From assembly GCA_037481835.1 (NCBI GenBank), contig JBBFKW010000001.1, forward strand, positions 32,001-96,000: a stretch of 64,000 nucleotides of DNA, given 5' to 3'. Positions 30,590-40,589 of this stretch are shown piece after piece (position 1 is the first letter of the stretch; each line of letters opens with the position of its first letter). The notes below the pieces were generated by a model that worked only from the letters and a program-made list of their open reading frames with translations, did no database searches and was not told the origin of the DNA. The translations under genes and the position numbers were made by a program. Origin of the DNA: Desulfosoma sp. GTDB lineage: Bacteria > Desulfobacterota > Syntrophobacteria > Syntrophobacterales > DSM-9756.

Positions 30590-32016
30590 ACGCGAACAGG
30601 GTTCTTCCCCGCCCATCCCTCCATCGACCCAGCCGGCGAGAAGAATGCGGCGTCTTCGGCGTCTTCGGCCATCCCGAAGCCGCCAAACTCACCTACTTCG
30701 GCCTCTACGCCCTCCAGCATCGAGGGCAGGAAAGCGCCGGCATCACCACTTCGGACGGCTGCCACATCTACGACTACAAGCACATGGGGTTGGTTTCCGA
30801 AGTGTTCAAGGAAGACACCCTTCAGGGGCTCAAAGGCCACCTGGCCATCGGGCACGTGCGCTATTCCACCACGGGATCGTCCCGGCTCGCCAACGCCCAG
30901 CCCTTCGTGGTGCTTCACAAGAACGAGTATTACGGCATCGCCCACAACGGCAACCTCGTGAACGCCGCACGGTTGCGCCGCGACCTGGAACGGGAAGGAA
31001 CCATCTTCCAGTCCACCATGGACACGGAAGTCATCGTCCACCTTCTGGCCCGCCGGCTTCGCTACGGGCTGGAAGAAGCCCTTGCGGACGCCTTGGCCCA
31101 GGTGGAAGGAGCCTATTCCTTGGTGCTCTGCACCCGGGACACCCTCATCGGCGCCCGAGACCCCCGCGGGTTCCGTCCCCTGTGCCTGGGGCAGATGAAC
31201 GGCAGCTACGTGCTGTCCTCGGAAACATGCGCCCTGGACCTCATCGAAGCCACCTATATCCGCGATGTGGAACCCGGAGAGATCGTCATCATCGACCGAA
31301 ACGGGCTGCGGTCCCTCAAGCCTTTCAATCCGGCGCCCAGCGCCTACTGCATTTTTGAATTCATCTACTTCGCCCGCCCCGACAGCACCATCTTCGGCCA
31401 AAACGTCTACAGCTGCCGAAAGCGACTCGGGCACCTCATGGCCCAGGAAAACACCCTCGATGCGGATCTCGTCATGCCGTTTCCCGATTCGGGGACCTAC
31501 GCCGCCTTGGGCTTTTCGGAAGAATCGGGAATCCCGCTGGAAATGGGAGTCATCCGAAACCACTATGTCGGGCGGACCTTCATCCAGCCATCCCAGACCA
31601 TGCGGGATTTCAGCGTGCGGATCAAGCTGAACCCCGTCCGGGAAATCCTCAAGGGCAAGCGGGTCATCATCGTGGAAGATTCCATCATCCGCGGCACAAC
31701 GACGCGCACTCGAATCAAGACGCTGCGGGAAGCCGGAGCCCGCGAAGTGCACATGGTGGTGAGTTGCCCGCCGCACCGGCATCCGTGCCCGTACGGCATC
31801 GACTTTTCCACCAAAGGAGAACTCATCGCGGCGCAGCACACCGTGGAAGAAATCCGCGCCTTCATCGGGCTGGATTCCCTGGCCTACCTCTCCTTGGAAG
31901 GACTCTTGAAAGGGGCCGGAGCCACCCCGCAGGCGCATCCCTATTGTCTCGCGTGCTTCACGGGGAATTACCCGGTGGCGTTTCACGAAGAGGTGCGAAA
32001 GGACTGCTTTGAATAA
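30586..32016 (+). CDS. purF: Amidophosphoribosyltransferase
   Basis: EECGVFG, LQHRGQE and [13 protein letters not shown] overlaps the carB stop. Confidence 0.97.
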   Translation: MNANRVLPRPSLHRPSRREECGVFGVFGHPEAAKLTYFGLYALQHRGQESAGITTSDGCHIYDYKHMGLVSEVFKEDTLQGLKGHLAIGHVRYSTTGSSRLANAQPFVVLHKNEYYGIAHNGNLVNAARLRRDLEREGTIFQSTMDTEVIVHLLARRLRYGLEEALADALAQVEGAYSLVLCTRDTLIGARDPRGFRPLCLGQMNGSYVLSSETCALDLIEATYIRDVEPGEIVIIDRNGLRSLKPFNPAPSAYCIFEFIYFARPDSTIFGQNVYSCRKRLGHLMAQENTLDADLVMPFPDSGTYAALGFSEESGIPLEMGVIRNHYVGRTFIQPSQTMRDFSVRIKLNPVREILKGKRVIIVEDSIIRGTTTRTRIKTLREAGAREVHMVVSCPPHRHPCPYGIDFSTKGELIAAQHTVEEIRAFIGLDSLAYLSLEGLLKGAGATPQAHPYCLACFTGNYPVAFHEEVRKDCFE

Positions 32017-33064
32017 ACGGGCATCGCACGCGGTAGCCTCAGGTTCCAAGACATCCCGCCGGGCCGATGGCACCGGGGCGTTGAACGCCCGGGACTTGGT
32101 GCGGATCGCCAAAGAAGTCCTGCACATCGAAGCCGAAGGCCTGCTGACCCTCATGGAACATGTGGATGAGAGCTTCGCCCAGGCGGTGGAATGGGTCTAC
32201 GCCTCGACCGGGCGGGTGATCGTCACGGGAGTGGGCAAATCGGGCATCGTGGGGCGAAAGATCGTGGCGACCCTCAGCAGCACGGGAACCCCGGCCCTTT
32301 TCCTGCACCCGGTGGAAGCCATGCACGGCGATCTGGGCATGGTCCGCAGCGAAGACATCGTGCTGGCTCTTTCCAACAGCGGAGAGACCGACGAAATCAA
32401 TTTCATTCTGCCCAGCCTCCGGGCCATCGGCACGAAGATCGTCGCTTTTACGGGAAACCTGCAATCCACCCTGGCCCGGCACAGCGATCTCGCCATCTTT
32501 ACCGGTGTGCCCCGGGAAGCCTGCCCGTTCGGGCTGGCCCCGACGGCCAGTTCCACGGCCATGCTGGCCATGGGGGACGCCCTGGCCGTGGCCCTGATCA
32601 AGAAACGCGACTTCACGGTGGGCGATTTCCGGCGCTACCATCCCGGAGGCCAACTGGGCCAGAGGCTGCAGACGCACGTCATGGAAGTCATGCGCCGCGG
32701 GGACGATATCCCCATGGTCCCGGCCGATTGCCCTCTGCCCCGGGCCATCCGTGTCATGTCGCAAAAGGGCCTGGGCGCCGTCCTGGTGGTGGACGACCGC
32801 CGAAAGCTCATAGGGATTCTCACGGACGGGGATTTGCGCAGAGCCTTGGAACGGCACACGTCCCTGGTCGATGTGCAGGTTCGAGAGGTCATGAGCCCCA
32901 ATCCCAAGGCGGTGGAACCGGATCGGAAGGTGGGGGAAGCCATAGAAATCATGGAAAAGCACCTGGTGACGGTCCTTCCCGTTCTGGACGCTTCCCACGG
33001 GATCGTGGGCATCCTGCACCTCCATGACCTCCTGGGAAAGGGACAGATCCGCTTTTCGCACTAG
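32009..33064 (+). CDS. kdsD: Arabinose-5-phosphate isomerase (KpsF/GutQ; SIS plus 2 CBS domains)
   Basis: GVGKSG, EAMHGDLG, LAPTASST and HPGG. Confidence 0.94.
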   Translation: MNKRASHAVASGSKTSRRADGTGALNARDLVRIAKEVLHIEAEGLLTLMEHVDESFAQAVEWVYASTGRVIVTGVGKSGIVGRKIVATLSSTGTPALFLHPVEAMHGDLGMVRSEDIVLALSNSGETDEINFILPSLRAIGTKIVAFTGNLQSTLARHSDLAIFTGVPREACPFGLAPTASSTAMLAMGDALAVALIKKRDFTVGDFRRYHPGGQLGQRLQTHVMEVMRRGDDIPMVPADCPLPRAIRVMSQKGLGAVLVVDDRRKLIGILTDGDLRRALERHTSLVDVQVREVMSPNPKAVEPDRKVGEAIEIMEKHLVTVLPVLDASHGIVGILHLHDLLGKGQIRFSH

Positions 33065-33073
33065 GACTGGACC

Positions 33074-33982
33074 ATGGCCGAATGCCGACTGCGGGGCCTT
33101 TGGTGCCGCCTCTACATCCCGGAAGATCTGGACGCTCTAGACTGGGCGGCGTTTCTTCAGGCCACGGCCCCGTGCGTGGACGGGTGGGTGCTCGACCCTC
33201 CTTTCTGGAACCCCGGCGGGCTCGGGCTGCCTCTCCAGGCCCATGATCGGGATCGGATTCCGGAAATCGTGGCGCGCCTTCCGGACTATCAGCCCACGGC
33301 TGTGCGCATCACCGGTCGAGACCGGGCGGAAACCTTCGAAAACGTCCAGCGCTTGGAACAAAAGCTGGAAAAGGACACCCGCTTCGCCCAAATCCTCTGG
33401 CTGGACACCCCTTTGTTCTACCACGGCAATCGGGGCCTCCCCGCCGTCTACCAGCAGCTCGGCGTGTTATCCCACCGCCCGTTCGTTCTGGAAAACGATC
33501 CCGAACGGGTCCGTCCCATAAAAGCCTGGGGTCGGCACGAAAACCTGCGCACCAGCGTCCTCAAGGCATTGGCTCTCAACCCCCGCATTCTGGGCTTGAT
33601 TCACCACGGATCCCTCAAACGGGTTTTCAACTACGCCAAAGCCGTGGTGAAACGCCCCGACTTCGGGCTGATGGACGGTGAAGAGCACACCTTCTTGGAA
33701 TACCCCAGCACCACGGGGGTGGTGTCCCTTTCGGCCAACCTGGCACCCCGCCTGTGGCGGAAACTCCTGGACCGAAAAAGCCTGAGCGCTCGGGCCGGGG
33801 ACACCTCGGGGTACATGGCCGTCATGAAGGTGCTGCGGGAAGGGCTGAAGGCCGTCGGTCCCGATCCCCTTCAAACAATCCCCTGGGCCTTGCATCGCCT
33901 GGGCTTCCTGGCGCACGCCCGACCCCTCCCGGAAGAATCCGCCCGGAGCCTTACCCGTTTCCTGGATAGCGCGACCGACTGA
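33074..33982 (+). CDS. Divergent DapA/DHDPS-like TIM-barrel protein
   Basis: LDTPLFYH...GLPAVY and GVVSLSANLAP resemble DHDPS segments. The Schiff-base Lys region is not conserved. Confidence 0.55.
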   Translation: MAECRLRGLWCRLYIPEDLDALDWAAFLQATAPCVDGWVLDPPFWNPGGLGLPLQAHDRDRIPEIVARLPDYQPTAVRITGRDRAETFENVQRLEQKLEKDTRFAQILWLDTPLFYHGNRGLPAVYQQLGVLSHRPFVLENDPERVRPIKAWGRHENLRTSVLKALALNPRILGLIHHGSLKRVFNYAKAVVKRPDFGLMDGEEHTFLEYPSTTGVVSLSANLAPRLWRKLLDRKSLSARAGDTSGYMAVMKVLREGLKAVGPDPLQTIPWALHRLGFLAHARPLPEESARSLTRFLDSATD

Positions 33983-35808
33983 TGTACGGACAAATCCTCA
34001 CCTTCATCGTAGCCCTCGTGCTTTTTTCCCTGCAGGAACCGGGAAACGAGGCGTTGCGCCCCCCTGTGAAAACCCTGTCCCTGACGGTGCTGGTTTTCGC
34101 CGCCTTTGTCCTCCTGTGCGGGGTGCTTTTCGGCCGGTTGCGGGCGGCCTTGCTCAAAGGCGTCCCCCAGGATGTGGTGGCGGCCCGGTTTCACAGGCTC
34201 CAGGGGCGCCTTTCCGTCCTGGCCCTAGGGTTTCTCGCCCTGGACGTCTTCGCGCTCAATATCAAGGATTTTTTCCAATGGGTGCCGGGATTTTCCCGAT
34301 CTTCCACCGTCTCCGGCCTCGTGGGCTTGGCGCTCTATTTCCTGCACCTGGCGGCCATCTGGTTCTGGGCCTACCCGCTCCATCGTCGCTTGACCGGCAC
34401 AAGCGCGGGACGGGCGGCCTTTATGAAGGGGCATGTGAGCTTCTACACGGCGCTCCTTTTCCCGTGGTTTTTCATCGCCCTCGTGCTGGACGCGCTCCAA
34501 TGGATCCATCTGCCCGCCTTCTTCGCATCGGAACTGGGCCAAATCCTCCTGTTCGGCATGGTCTTCAGCCTCTTTCTGTGCCTTTCCCCCCCCGTCATCG
34601 TCCGGTTCTGGAGATGCCGGCCCATGCCCGAATCCGCCCTTCGAAGCCGCTTGGAAGACTTTTGCCGATCCCAACGGTTTCGGCTCGGGGGTTTTTTGCT
34701 GTGGCCCCTTTACGGCGGTGACCATTTTTCGGCGGCCGTCCTCGGGATCCTGCCCCGGTTCCGATACATCCTCATCACCCAAAGCCTCCTGAACCTCCTG
34801 AACCTGGAAGAACTCAAAGCCGTCGTCGCCCATGAAATGGGCCACGTCAAGCGCTTCCACGCCCTGTTTTATTTGACGCTCTTCCTTGCCTACGCCGCCG
34901 CATCCTACGCTTTCCACGACATCGTGCTCCTGGCTTTCCTGAAGCAGAAATGGGCGCTGCAATGGGCGCTGTCCAAGGACACCGTGGCCCGCAATCTTTT
35001 CAGCCTCACCTACAGCATTCCGGTCCTGGCCCTGCTGGTCCTGTACTTTCGCTACCTCTTCGGCTACTTCATGCGCACGTGCGAACGCCAGGCCGACCTG
35101 TTTGCCCTGAAAACCCTGGGAGACCCTGTACCCCTGGTCTCGTCCCTGCAAAAGATCGCCTTCCACAGCGGGCGCATCGAGGATCTGCCCAGTTGGCATC
35201 ATTACAGCATCCGCGAACGGATCCACATGCTTCTCGCCGCCGCCGCCGACCCGGCACTCATTGCGGCACACGATCGGAAACTGCTGCGCTCCGCCGCCGT
35301 GTTCTTCCTGGGCCTCGGGGTGCTCATCCACGGCGCCGTCCAGTTTCGCCATTCGGAAAGGGCGCAGGCCTGGCGCCAGGATATTCAGCTCCACATCCTG
35401 GAAGCGGAACTCCAGCTGGACGAAAAACGACCGGAACTCTACATGGCCTACAGCGGGCTGCTCATGCAGCGGCAGCGCTACCACTACGCGCGGCTCATTT
35501 TGGAAAAAGGGCTGCGCCTCGCCCCGAACCATCCGGGGATCCAAAACAATTTGGCCTGGCTTTACGCCACGGCTCCGGCACCTTACCGAAACCCGCAAAG
35601 GGCCTTGGAACTGGCGGAAAAAGCCGCCGCCCAACAGCCGGACCCCTATATTTTGGATACCCTGGCGGAAGCCTACTACGTGAACGGCCGCTACGAAGAG
35701 GCTCTGGCGGCCATCCGGCGGGCCATCGCCCAGAAGCCGGAAAAGGTTTTCTATTATCTCGAGCAGGAAAAGAAGTTTCTGGACGCTTTGGAAAAGGAGA
35801 GGCGGTAG
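33982..35808 (+). CDS. M48 membrane Zn-metallopeptidase with C-terminal TPRs
   Basis: AHEMGH, ERQADLFA, multiple TM helices and TPR motifs (NNLAWLYAT, LDTLAEAY). Confidence 0.9.
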   Translation: MYGQILTFIVALVLFSLQEPGNEALRPPVKTLSLTVLVFAAFVLLCGVLFGRLRAALLKGVPQDVVAARFHRLQGRLSVLALGFLALDVFALNIKDFFQWVPGFSRSSTVSGLVGLALYFLHLAAIWFWAYPLHRRLTGTSAGRAAFMKGHVSFYTALLFPWFFIALVLDALQWIHLPAFFASELGQILLFGMVFSLFLCLSPPVIVRFWRCRPMPESALRSRLEDFCRSQRFRLGGFLLWPLYGGDHFSAAVLGILPRFRYILITQSLLNLLNLEELKAVVAHEMGHVKRFHALFYLTLFLAYAAASYAFHDIVLLAFLKQKWALQWALSKDTVARNLFSLTYSIPVLALLVLYFRYLFGYFMRTCERQADLFALKTLGDPVPLVSSLQKIAFHSGRIEDLPSWHHYSIRERIHMLLAAAADPALIAAHDRKLLRSAAVFFLGLGVLIHGAVQFRHSERAQAWRQDIQLHILEAELQLDEKRPELYMAYSGLLMQRQRYHYARLILEKGLRLAPNHPGIQNNLAWLYATAPAPYRNPQRALELAEKAAAQQPDPYILDTLAEAYYVNGRYEEALAAIRRAIAQKPEKVFYYLEQEKKFLDALEKERR

Positions 35809-36010
35809 GGCCGGCCCGGGTCAGGGGTTGGGACACTGGGCGTTGGGGGTTGAGGGTTGGCGGTCGGATCTTGGGGGTTGGGAGCTGGGGGTTGGGGGGA
35901 TTGGGACTTGAGGGTTGTGGGAATTGGGACTTGGTTGTTGGGGGAATTGGGACTTGAGGGTTGGGGTTCGTTGTTGGGTTTCGTACGACGCCTCGTCTTT
36001 GCCGGAATGT

Positions 36011-36167
36011 GTTGGGGTTCGCTTCGCTCACCCCAACCTACGTCGCCCCGGCACGCCGTAGAATGTAGGTTGGGGTGAGCGCAGCGAACCCCAACACCAA
36101 TCAACGTCGCCCCGGCACGCCGTAGAATGTAGGTTGGGGTGAGCGCAGCGAACCCCAACACCAATCA
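36011..36167. repeat. Cluster of three GTAG-type REP elements with a 64-bp tandem duplication
   Basis: REPs at 36011-36041 (-), 36065-36095 (+) and 36129-36159 (+). Confidence 0.9.
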
Positions 36168-36302
36168 CGAAGACAGCCGCCCCAAACCAGATCCTTCCCC
36201 GGGGCTGGGGGGCGCGCCAAACGCCATGACCGGCGCCCGGGCTCCGCACAGCTTCCGCCGCAAGGCCGCCCGAGCGATCTCCGGCCCAATCTCTCCCGCC
36301 GG

Positions 36303-37493
36303 CTAGAACCGGCTCACGATGGTGATGAGGTGAGCCACTTCCGAAAGGGGCGCATTGAGGTTCGCCCGGTGGTTGGCCAGGAAGCCGTCCAGGTCCCCGT
36401 CCAGGACGAGCCAGGGGTCCATTTGTTCCGCGCGGTGGAGCTCATGGAGGATTTCATCCATGATATCCACGGCGTCCAAGGTGACCAGCTGCTCATAGAA
36501 CCCAACCCGCACCACTCTCAGGATTTCGTACATGACGTGGGCGACGCCCTTGGCATAGTAGAAATAATCGTCCACGGCGAACCAGCTCACGGGGCGCCCG
36601 TCGGGATACCGGTCGATGATGAGGCTCTTGTTCACGTTACCGAGGAGGTCGCCATAGGATTTCATGAGCGACATGAGGTTATCGACCCGGTAGTAAAAGC
36701 TGCGCCGTCCTGTCTTCAGTTTTTCCAAAAACTTTTTCAAATGATCCACGGCTTCGCCGTAGGAGGTTTCCGCCGACGGGAACCAAAAGAGGGTGGCTTT
36801 GTTCATGAAAAGGTTCAGAGCGTCTTCCAGATCGCGATCGTAAGTGTCCGCCTCGCCCATGCGCGTCAAGCTGTCCTTGAGTCTCAGGGTCGTGAATCGC
36901 ATGGCTTCCAAGACGCCCAGCTGGTAGTTGTTGATGTTGTCGGTGAATCGACCCACGATGAGATCGTTGGGGCGCCACCCCAGAAAACGGCCTTTCAGCT
37001 CATATTCCATGAGGGCGATCATCGTTTCCACGAAGGTGACGCCGGGCGTGGGAGAAATCTGGGGAAGCACCACACCGTGTTCTTCGTGTTTTTCTTCTTC
37101 CGCATGCCCGGGCAGGGTGGGCGCGTGGGGTTCCACCTTCGGCGCCGGAGTGACTTCGGGCGCCGGCGTCGTCTTGGGCGCCGCCGGCTGGGGTGAAACG
37201 GCCCCGGTAGGCTTGGGTTCGGCGGCCGGGCTCGGCGCCGGCTGAGCCGGCCCGTGGGCCGATTCGGCGGAAGGGGCGGCCGGCTGGGCTTGGCCGGGCG
37301 CCGCCGTTTCAGGGGAAGGGCCGTGGGACGGGGCCGGAGCGGCCGTTTCCAAGGTGTGTTTTTGGAGAGCCATGGAGTCCCTGCCGAGGAAAAGGATGCC
37401 GCTCAGGCAGAAGACGCACAGGACAAGGAGCCTTAAAACCCTTTTCGTCGCAACGGCTCGAGGTGCGGCGGGAAGCTGCGCGCATCGGCTCAT
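36303..37493 (-). CDS. DUF2333-like protein with a Pro/Ala-rich linker
   Basis: N-terminal TM segment, GWRPNDL...DNINNYQLG and DDYFYYAKG. Family call is from recall. Confidence 0.65.
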   Translation of the reverse strand: MSRCAQLPAAPRAVATKRVLRLLVLCVFCLSGILFLGRDSMALQKHTLETAAPAPSHGPSPETAAPGQAQPAAPSAESAHGPAQPAPSPAAEPKPTGAVSPQPAAPKTTPAPEVTPAPKVEPHAPTLPGHAEEEKHEEHGVVLPQISPTPGVTFVETMIALMEYELKGRFLGWRPNDLIVGRFTDNINNYQLGVLEAMRFTTLRLKDSLTRMGEADTYDRDLEDALNLFMNKATLFWFPSAETSYGEAVDHLKKFLEKLKTGRRSFYYRVDNLMSLMKSYGDLLGNVNKSLIIDRYPDGRPVSWFAVDDYFYYAKGVAHVMYEILRVVRVGFYEQLVTLDAVDIMDEILHELHRAEQMDPWLVLDGDLDGFLANHRANLNAPLSEVAHLITIVSRF

Positions 37494-37525
37494 GATCTGC
37501 TCCTTCTTTTCCAAGAGGGCGGCTG

Positions 37526-37900
37526 CTAACGATCCCCGTAGTACGTGGCACACGAATCCTTGGATTCCCACGCGGACACGCTGTAAAGTCGGCGGTGCGG
37601 ACCGTCCACGACGGCTGCCAAGGTCTCGAAAAGGAACCGGGCGATGAGTTCCGAAGAGGGGTTCTTGTCCTGAAAGAAAGGCAAATCGTTGAGGTATTGA
37701 TGATCCAGCTGGTGCAAGGCCTTCCGCAGGGCGTCCTTCACCTCGCCGAAATCCACCAGCACGCCGCTTTCTTCCAATCGGTCCCCACGAACCGTCACTT
37801 CCACTTTCCAATTGTGGCCGTGGAGGTTTTCACAGCGGCCTCGAAAATTGCGCAGGTTGTGGGCCGCTGCAAAATCGGCCATCACCTTGACTTCATACAT
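37526..37900 (-). CDS. queD: 6-carboxytetrahydropterin synthase
   Basis: FAAAHNL, CENLHGHNW, LDHQYLND and NPSSE. Confidence 0.95.
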   Translation of the reverse strand: MYEVKVMADFAAAHNLRNFRGRCENLHGHNWKVEVTVRGDRLEESGVLVDFGEVKDALRKALHQLDHQYLNDLPFFQDKNPSSELIARFLFETLAAVVDGPHRRLYSVSAWESKDSCATYYGDR

Positions 37901-38077
37901 GAATCCCTCGAAACCTCCCCGATCTTTTCCCACCAAACCCTTTGCCCGCCGGATGCCGCACGACCAAATGTTTTTGTCCTTCAAGCCCTTAGCGCATTAA
38001 ACTCAAGACCCCTTCCTTTGTCAATCGCCATGAGAAAAGCCACCTCCCCCCACGGACGGCCCCGCTCTTTTTGACTA

Positions 38078-38106
38078 TTGACAGTCATGGCGGAATTCTT
38101 TAGAAA
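38078..38106 (+). promoter_or_regulatory. sigma70-type promoter for tRNA-Met
   Basis: TTGACA (38078-38083), 17-nt spacer, TAGAAA (38101-38106). Confidence 0.7.
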
Positions 38107-38118
38107 GGGCCGGAAAAT

Positions 38119-38195
38119 GGCGGTGTAGCTCAGTCGGTCAGAGCATGCGGCTCATATCCGCAGTGTCCGGGGTTCGAAGCCCTGCACCGCCACCA
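38119..38195 (+). tRNA. tRNA-Met(CAT), elongator type
   Basis: GGCGGTGTAGCTCAG...TGCGG-CT-CAT-AT-CCGCA...CACCGCCACCA. Position 1:72 is paired, so it is not the initiator. Ile2 is not fully excluded. Confidence 0.92.
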
Positions 38196-38317
38196 TCTCC
38201 CGGACTCGTCAATGGGATCTTCGGAAAACCCGGAGGTCCCATTTTTGTATTGAAATCCCATGGATTATTTTTTATGAAAGGTTCCACAAGGATGGTCGGA
38301 AGAGGAAAGGACGGACA

Positions 38318-38605
38318 ATGACCCTGACCAAAGCGCAGATCGTCGAAAACCTCTTTGCGGAAAACGTCTTTACCAAGGCCGAATCCGCCCAGATTGTGGA
38401 AACCCTTTTCGAGATCATCAAGCAGACGCTCGAAGACGGCGAAGACGTCCTCATCAGCGGGTTCGGCAAATTCAGCGTCAAGCAGAAAAATCAGCGCCGC
38501 GGTCGCAACCCTCAGACCGGGGACCCGATCCTCCTGCCGCCGCGCCGCGTGGTGACCTTTAAATGCTCCGGGGTTTTGCGGGACAGAATCAACCACAGCG
38601 GATGA
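38318..38605 (+). CDS. ihfA: Integration host factor subunit alpha
   Basis: MTLTKA, ISGFGKF, RRGRNPQTG and RRVVTF. Confidence 0.92.
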   Translation: MTLTKAQIVENLFAENVFTKAESAQIVETLFEIIKQTLEDGEDVLISGFGKFSVKQKNQRRGRNPQTGDPILLPPRRVVTFKCSGVLRDRINHSG

Positions 38606-38630
38606 GGTCCATGTCCTTAGGCTTCGATCC

Positions 38631-39761
38631 ATGACGGCCACTCGATCGCCTAGGGAAGACGGGGGGACGGAAGGCCTTCTGTGGGCGCCGACCGGCCCCT
38701 TAACCCTCAAGACCGTCGCCGACCACTGGAAAAGCCTCCAGGACCTTCTGGCAGGTCCTTCCCTGAAAGCCGTGCGCGTCGATTTGTCCGGCGTGGACGC
38801 CGTGGACAGCGCCGGCCTGGTCCTGCTCAAGACCCTTCGGGACCGATGCACCGCCGCCTCCATTGCCTATGAACTGACCCGTGTCCCCCAATCCCTTGGC
38901 CCGTTTTTCGCCTTCGGCGGGCTGGATCGCCCTCCGCACACACAACCCGTTCCCCAAAAGGCCGCGGCAAACCCTCTGGAACGGCTCGGCCGCCTGACGC
39001 TGGAAGCCTTCCAGGACGTCAGGGAACTCATCCATTTTGTGGGCAGCGTGACCGTCGCTTTTCTTCCCTGCTGCCTGGAGCCCAAGCGGTTCCGCCTCAA
39101 AGAGGTCCTCTATTACGTGCAGCGGTCGGGATCGGAAGCCATGCCCATCGTCTTTCTCGTGAGCTTTCTCATGGGATTGATCATGGCTTTCCAAGCCGCC
39201 GTTCAGCTCCGGCAGTTCGGCGCCAATATCTTCGTCGCAGACCTGGTGAGCTTGGCCCTCACCCGGGAACTCGGCCCCCTCATGACGGCCATCATCCTGG
39301 CGGGCCGCTCGGCGGCGGCTTTCGCCGCCGAAATCGGCACCATGAAGGTCAATGAGGAAGTGGACGCCCTGACCGTCATGGGTTTCAACGTCACCGAATT
39401 TCTCATCATGCCCAAGGTGAACGCCTTGGCCTTTTCCGGGCCCCTGCTCACCCTTTTCGCCAACGCCTCGGGCATCTTCGGCGGCATGGTGGTGGGCGCC
39501 CTGGGCTTGGACCTCACCCCCGCCAGCTTTCTTTTGGAAGCCGGAGAAATCCTCTCCCTTGCCGACGTCCTTTCGGGGCTGGCCAAGAGTTTCGCGTTTT
39601 CCATTCTGGTCGCCCTGGTGGGCTGCCTTCGCGGCCTGCAGACCGAAAAATCCGCCGACAGTGTGGGCCGCATGACCACGTCGGCCGTGGTGACCTCCAT
39701 TTTCTGCATCATCTTGGCCGATGCGGTCTTTACGGTGCTGTTCCATGTGTTCGATATTTGA
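38631..39761 (+). CDS. MlaE-family ABC permease with N-terminal STAS domain
   Basis: VDSAGL (STAS) and RELGPLMTAIILAGRS...AEIGTM. Confidence 0.92.
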   Translation: MTATRSPREDGGTEGLLWAPTGPLTLKTVADHWKSLQDLLAGPSLKAVRVDLSGVDAVDSAGLVLLKTLRDRCTAASIAYELTRVPQSLGPFFAFGGLDRPPHTQPVPQKAAANPLERLGRLTLEAFQDVRELIHFVGSVTVAFLPCCLEPKRFRLKEVLYYVQRSGSEAMPIVFLVSFLMGLIMAFQAAVQLRQFGANIFVADLVSLALTRELGPLMTAIILAGRSAAAFAAEIGTMKVNEEVDALTVMGFNVTEFLIMPKVNALAFSGPLLTLFANASGIFGGMVVGALGLDLTPASFLLEAGEILSLADVLSGLAKSFAFSILVALVGCLRGLQTEKSADSVGRMTTSAVVTSIFCIILADAVFTVLFHVFDI

Positions 39762-39776
39762 ACTCGAGGCGCCCTC

Positions 39777-40589
39777 GTGGATGGCGTGATTCCCCAAACC
39801 GGAGACGTGATGATCCAAGCCGACGGGCTGACCGTGGGCTACGGAGACCACCTCGTCCTGAAGGACGTGACCTTTTCGGTCCACGCCGGGGAAATCGTCA
39901 CCGTTCTCGGCGGCAGCGGCTGCGGCAAGAGCACCCTGCTCAAGGCCTTGATCGGCCTCATCCGCCCGATCAAGGGATCGGTGCGGATCCGGGGCGCCGA
40001 CATCACCGGGCCGGACCGAAACGCGGCGCTGGATCTCATGCGGCGCCACATCGGGGTCTTGTTCCAGTACGGAGCCCTCTTGGGGTCTCTTTCCATCGCG
40101 GACAACGTGGCCATGCCCCTGGAGGAATTCACGAACCTGCCGCGTTCTTTGATCGCCGACATTGTTCGCTTCAAACTGGAAATGGTGGGCTTGGCCGACT
40201 ACGCCCGTTTCATGCCGGCGGAACTGAGCGGCGGCATGCGCAAACGGGCGGCTCTGGCACGAGCCATGGCTCTGGATCCGGAGATCCTGTTTTGCGACGA
40301 GCCGTCCGCCGGCCTGGATCCGATCACGGCCGCCGAACTGGACGAGCTCCTCGTGGAATGGAATCGCGCCCTGGGCATCACCATGGTCGTCATCACGCAC
40401 GAATTGGCCAGCATCGAAGCCATTTCCACCCGGTGCCTCATGCTGGATGGATCGGCCAAAGGCATCATCGCCGTCGGTCCTCCCGACAAACTGAAAAGCG
40501 AAAGCGCGGATCCGCGAGTCCGCGCCTTCTTCCATCGCCAACCACGCCTGCTGCGCGCCGGGGCTTCCTTCGCCGCGGCCGGTGACTAA
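39777..40589 (+). CDS. MlaF-family ABC ATPase
   Basis: GGSGCGKS, LSGGMRKR and DEPSAGLDP. Confidence 0.94.
   Translation: MDGVIPQTGDVMIQADGLTVGYGDHLVLKDVTFSVHAGEIVTVLGGSGCGKSTLLKALIGLIRPIKGSVRIRGADITGPDRNAALDLMRRHIGVLFQYGALLGSLSIADNVAMPLEEFTNLPRSLIADIVRFKLEMVGLADYARFMPAELSGGMRKRAALARAMALDPEILFCDEPSAGLDPITAAELDELLVEWNRALGITMVVITHELASIEAISTRCLMLDGSAKGIIAVGPPDKLKSESADPRVRAFFHRQPRLLRAGASFAAAGD

Noticed and set aside
36011..36167. Possible CRISPR array
   Set aside because: Spacers are identical, one repeat is inverted, the repeat is dispersed across the window and no cas genes are present.
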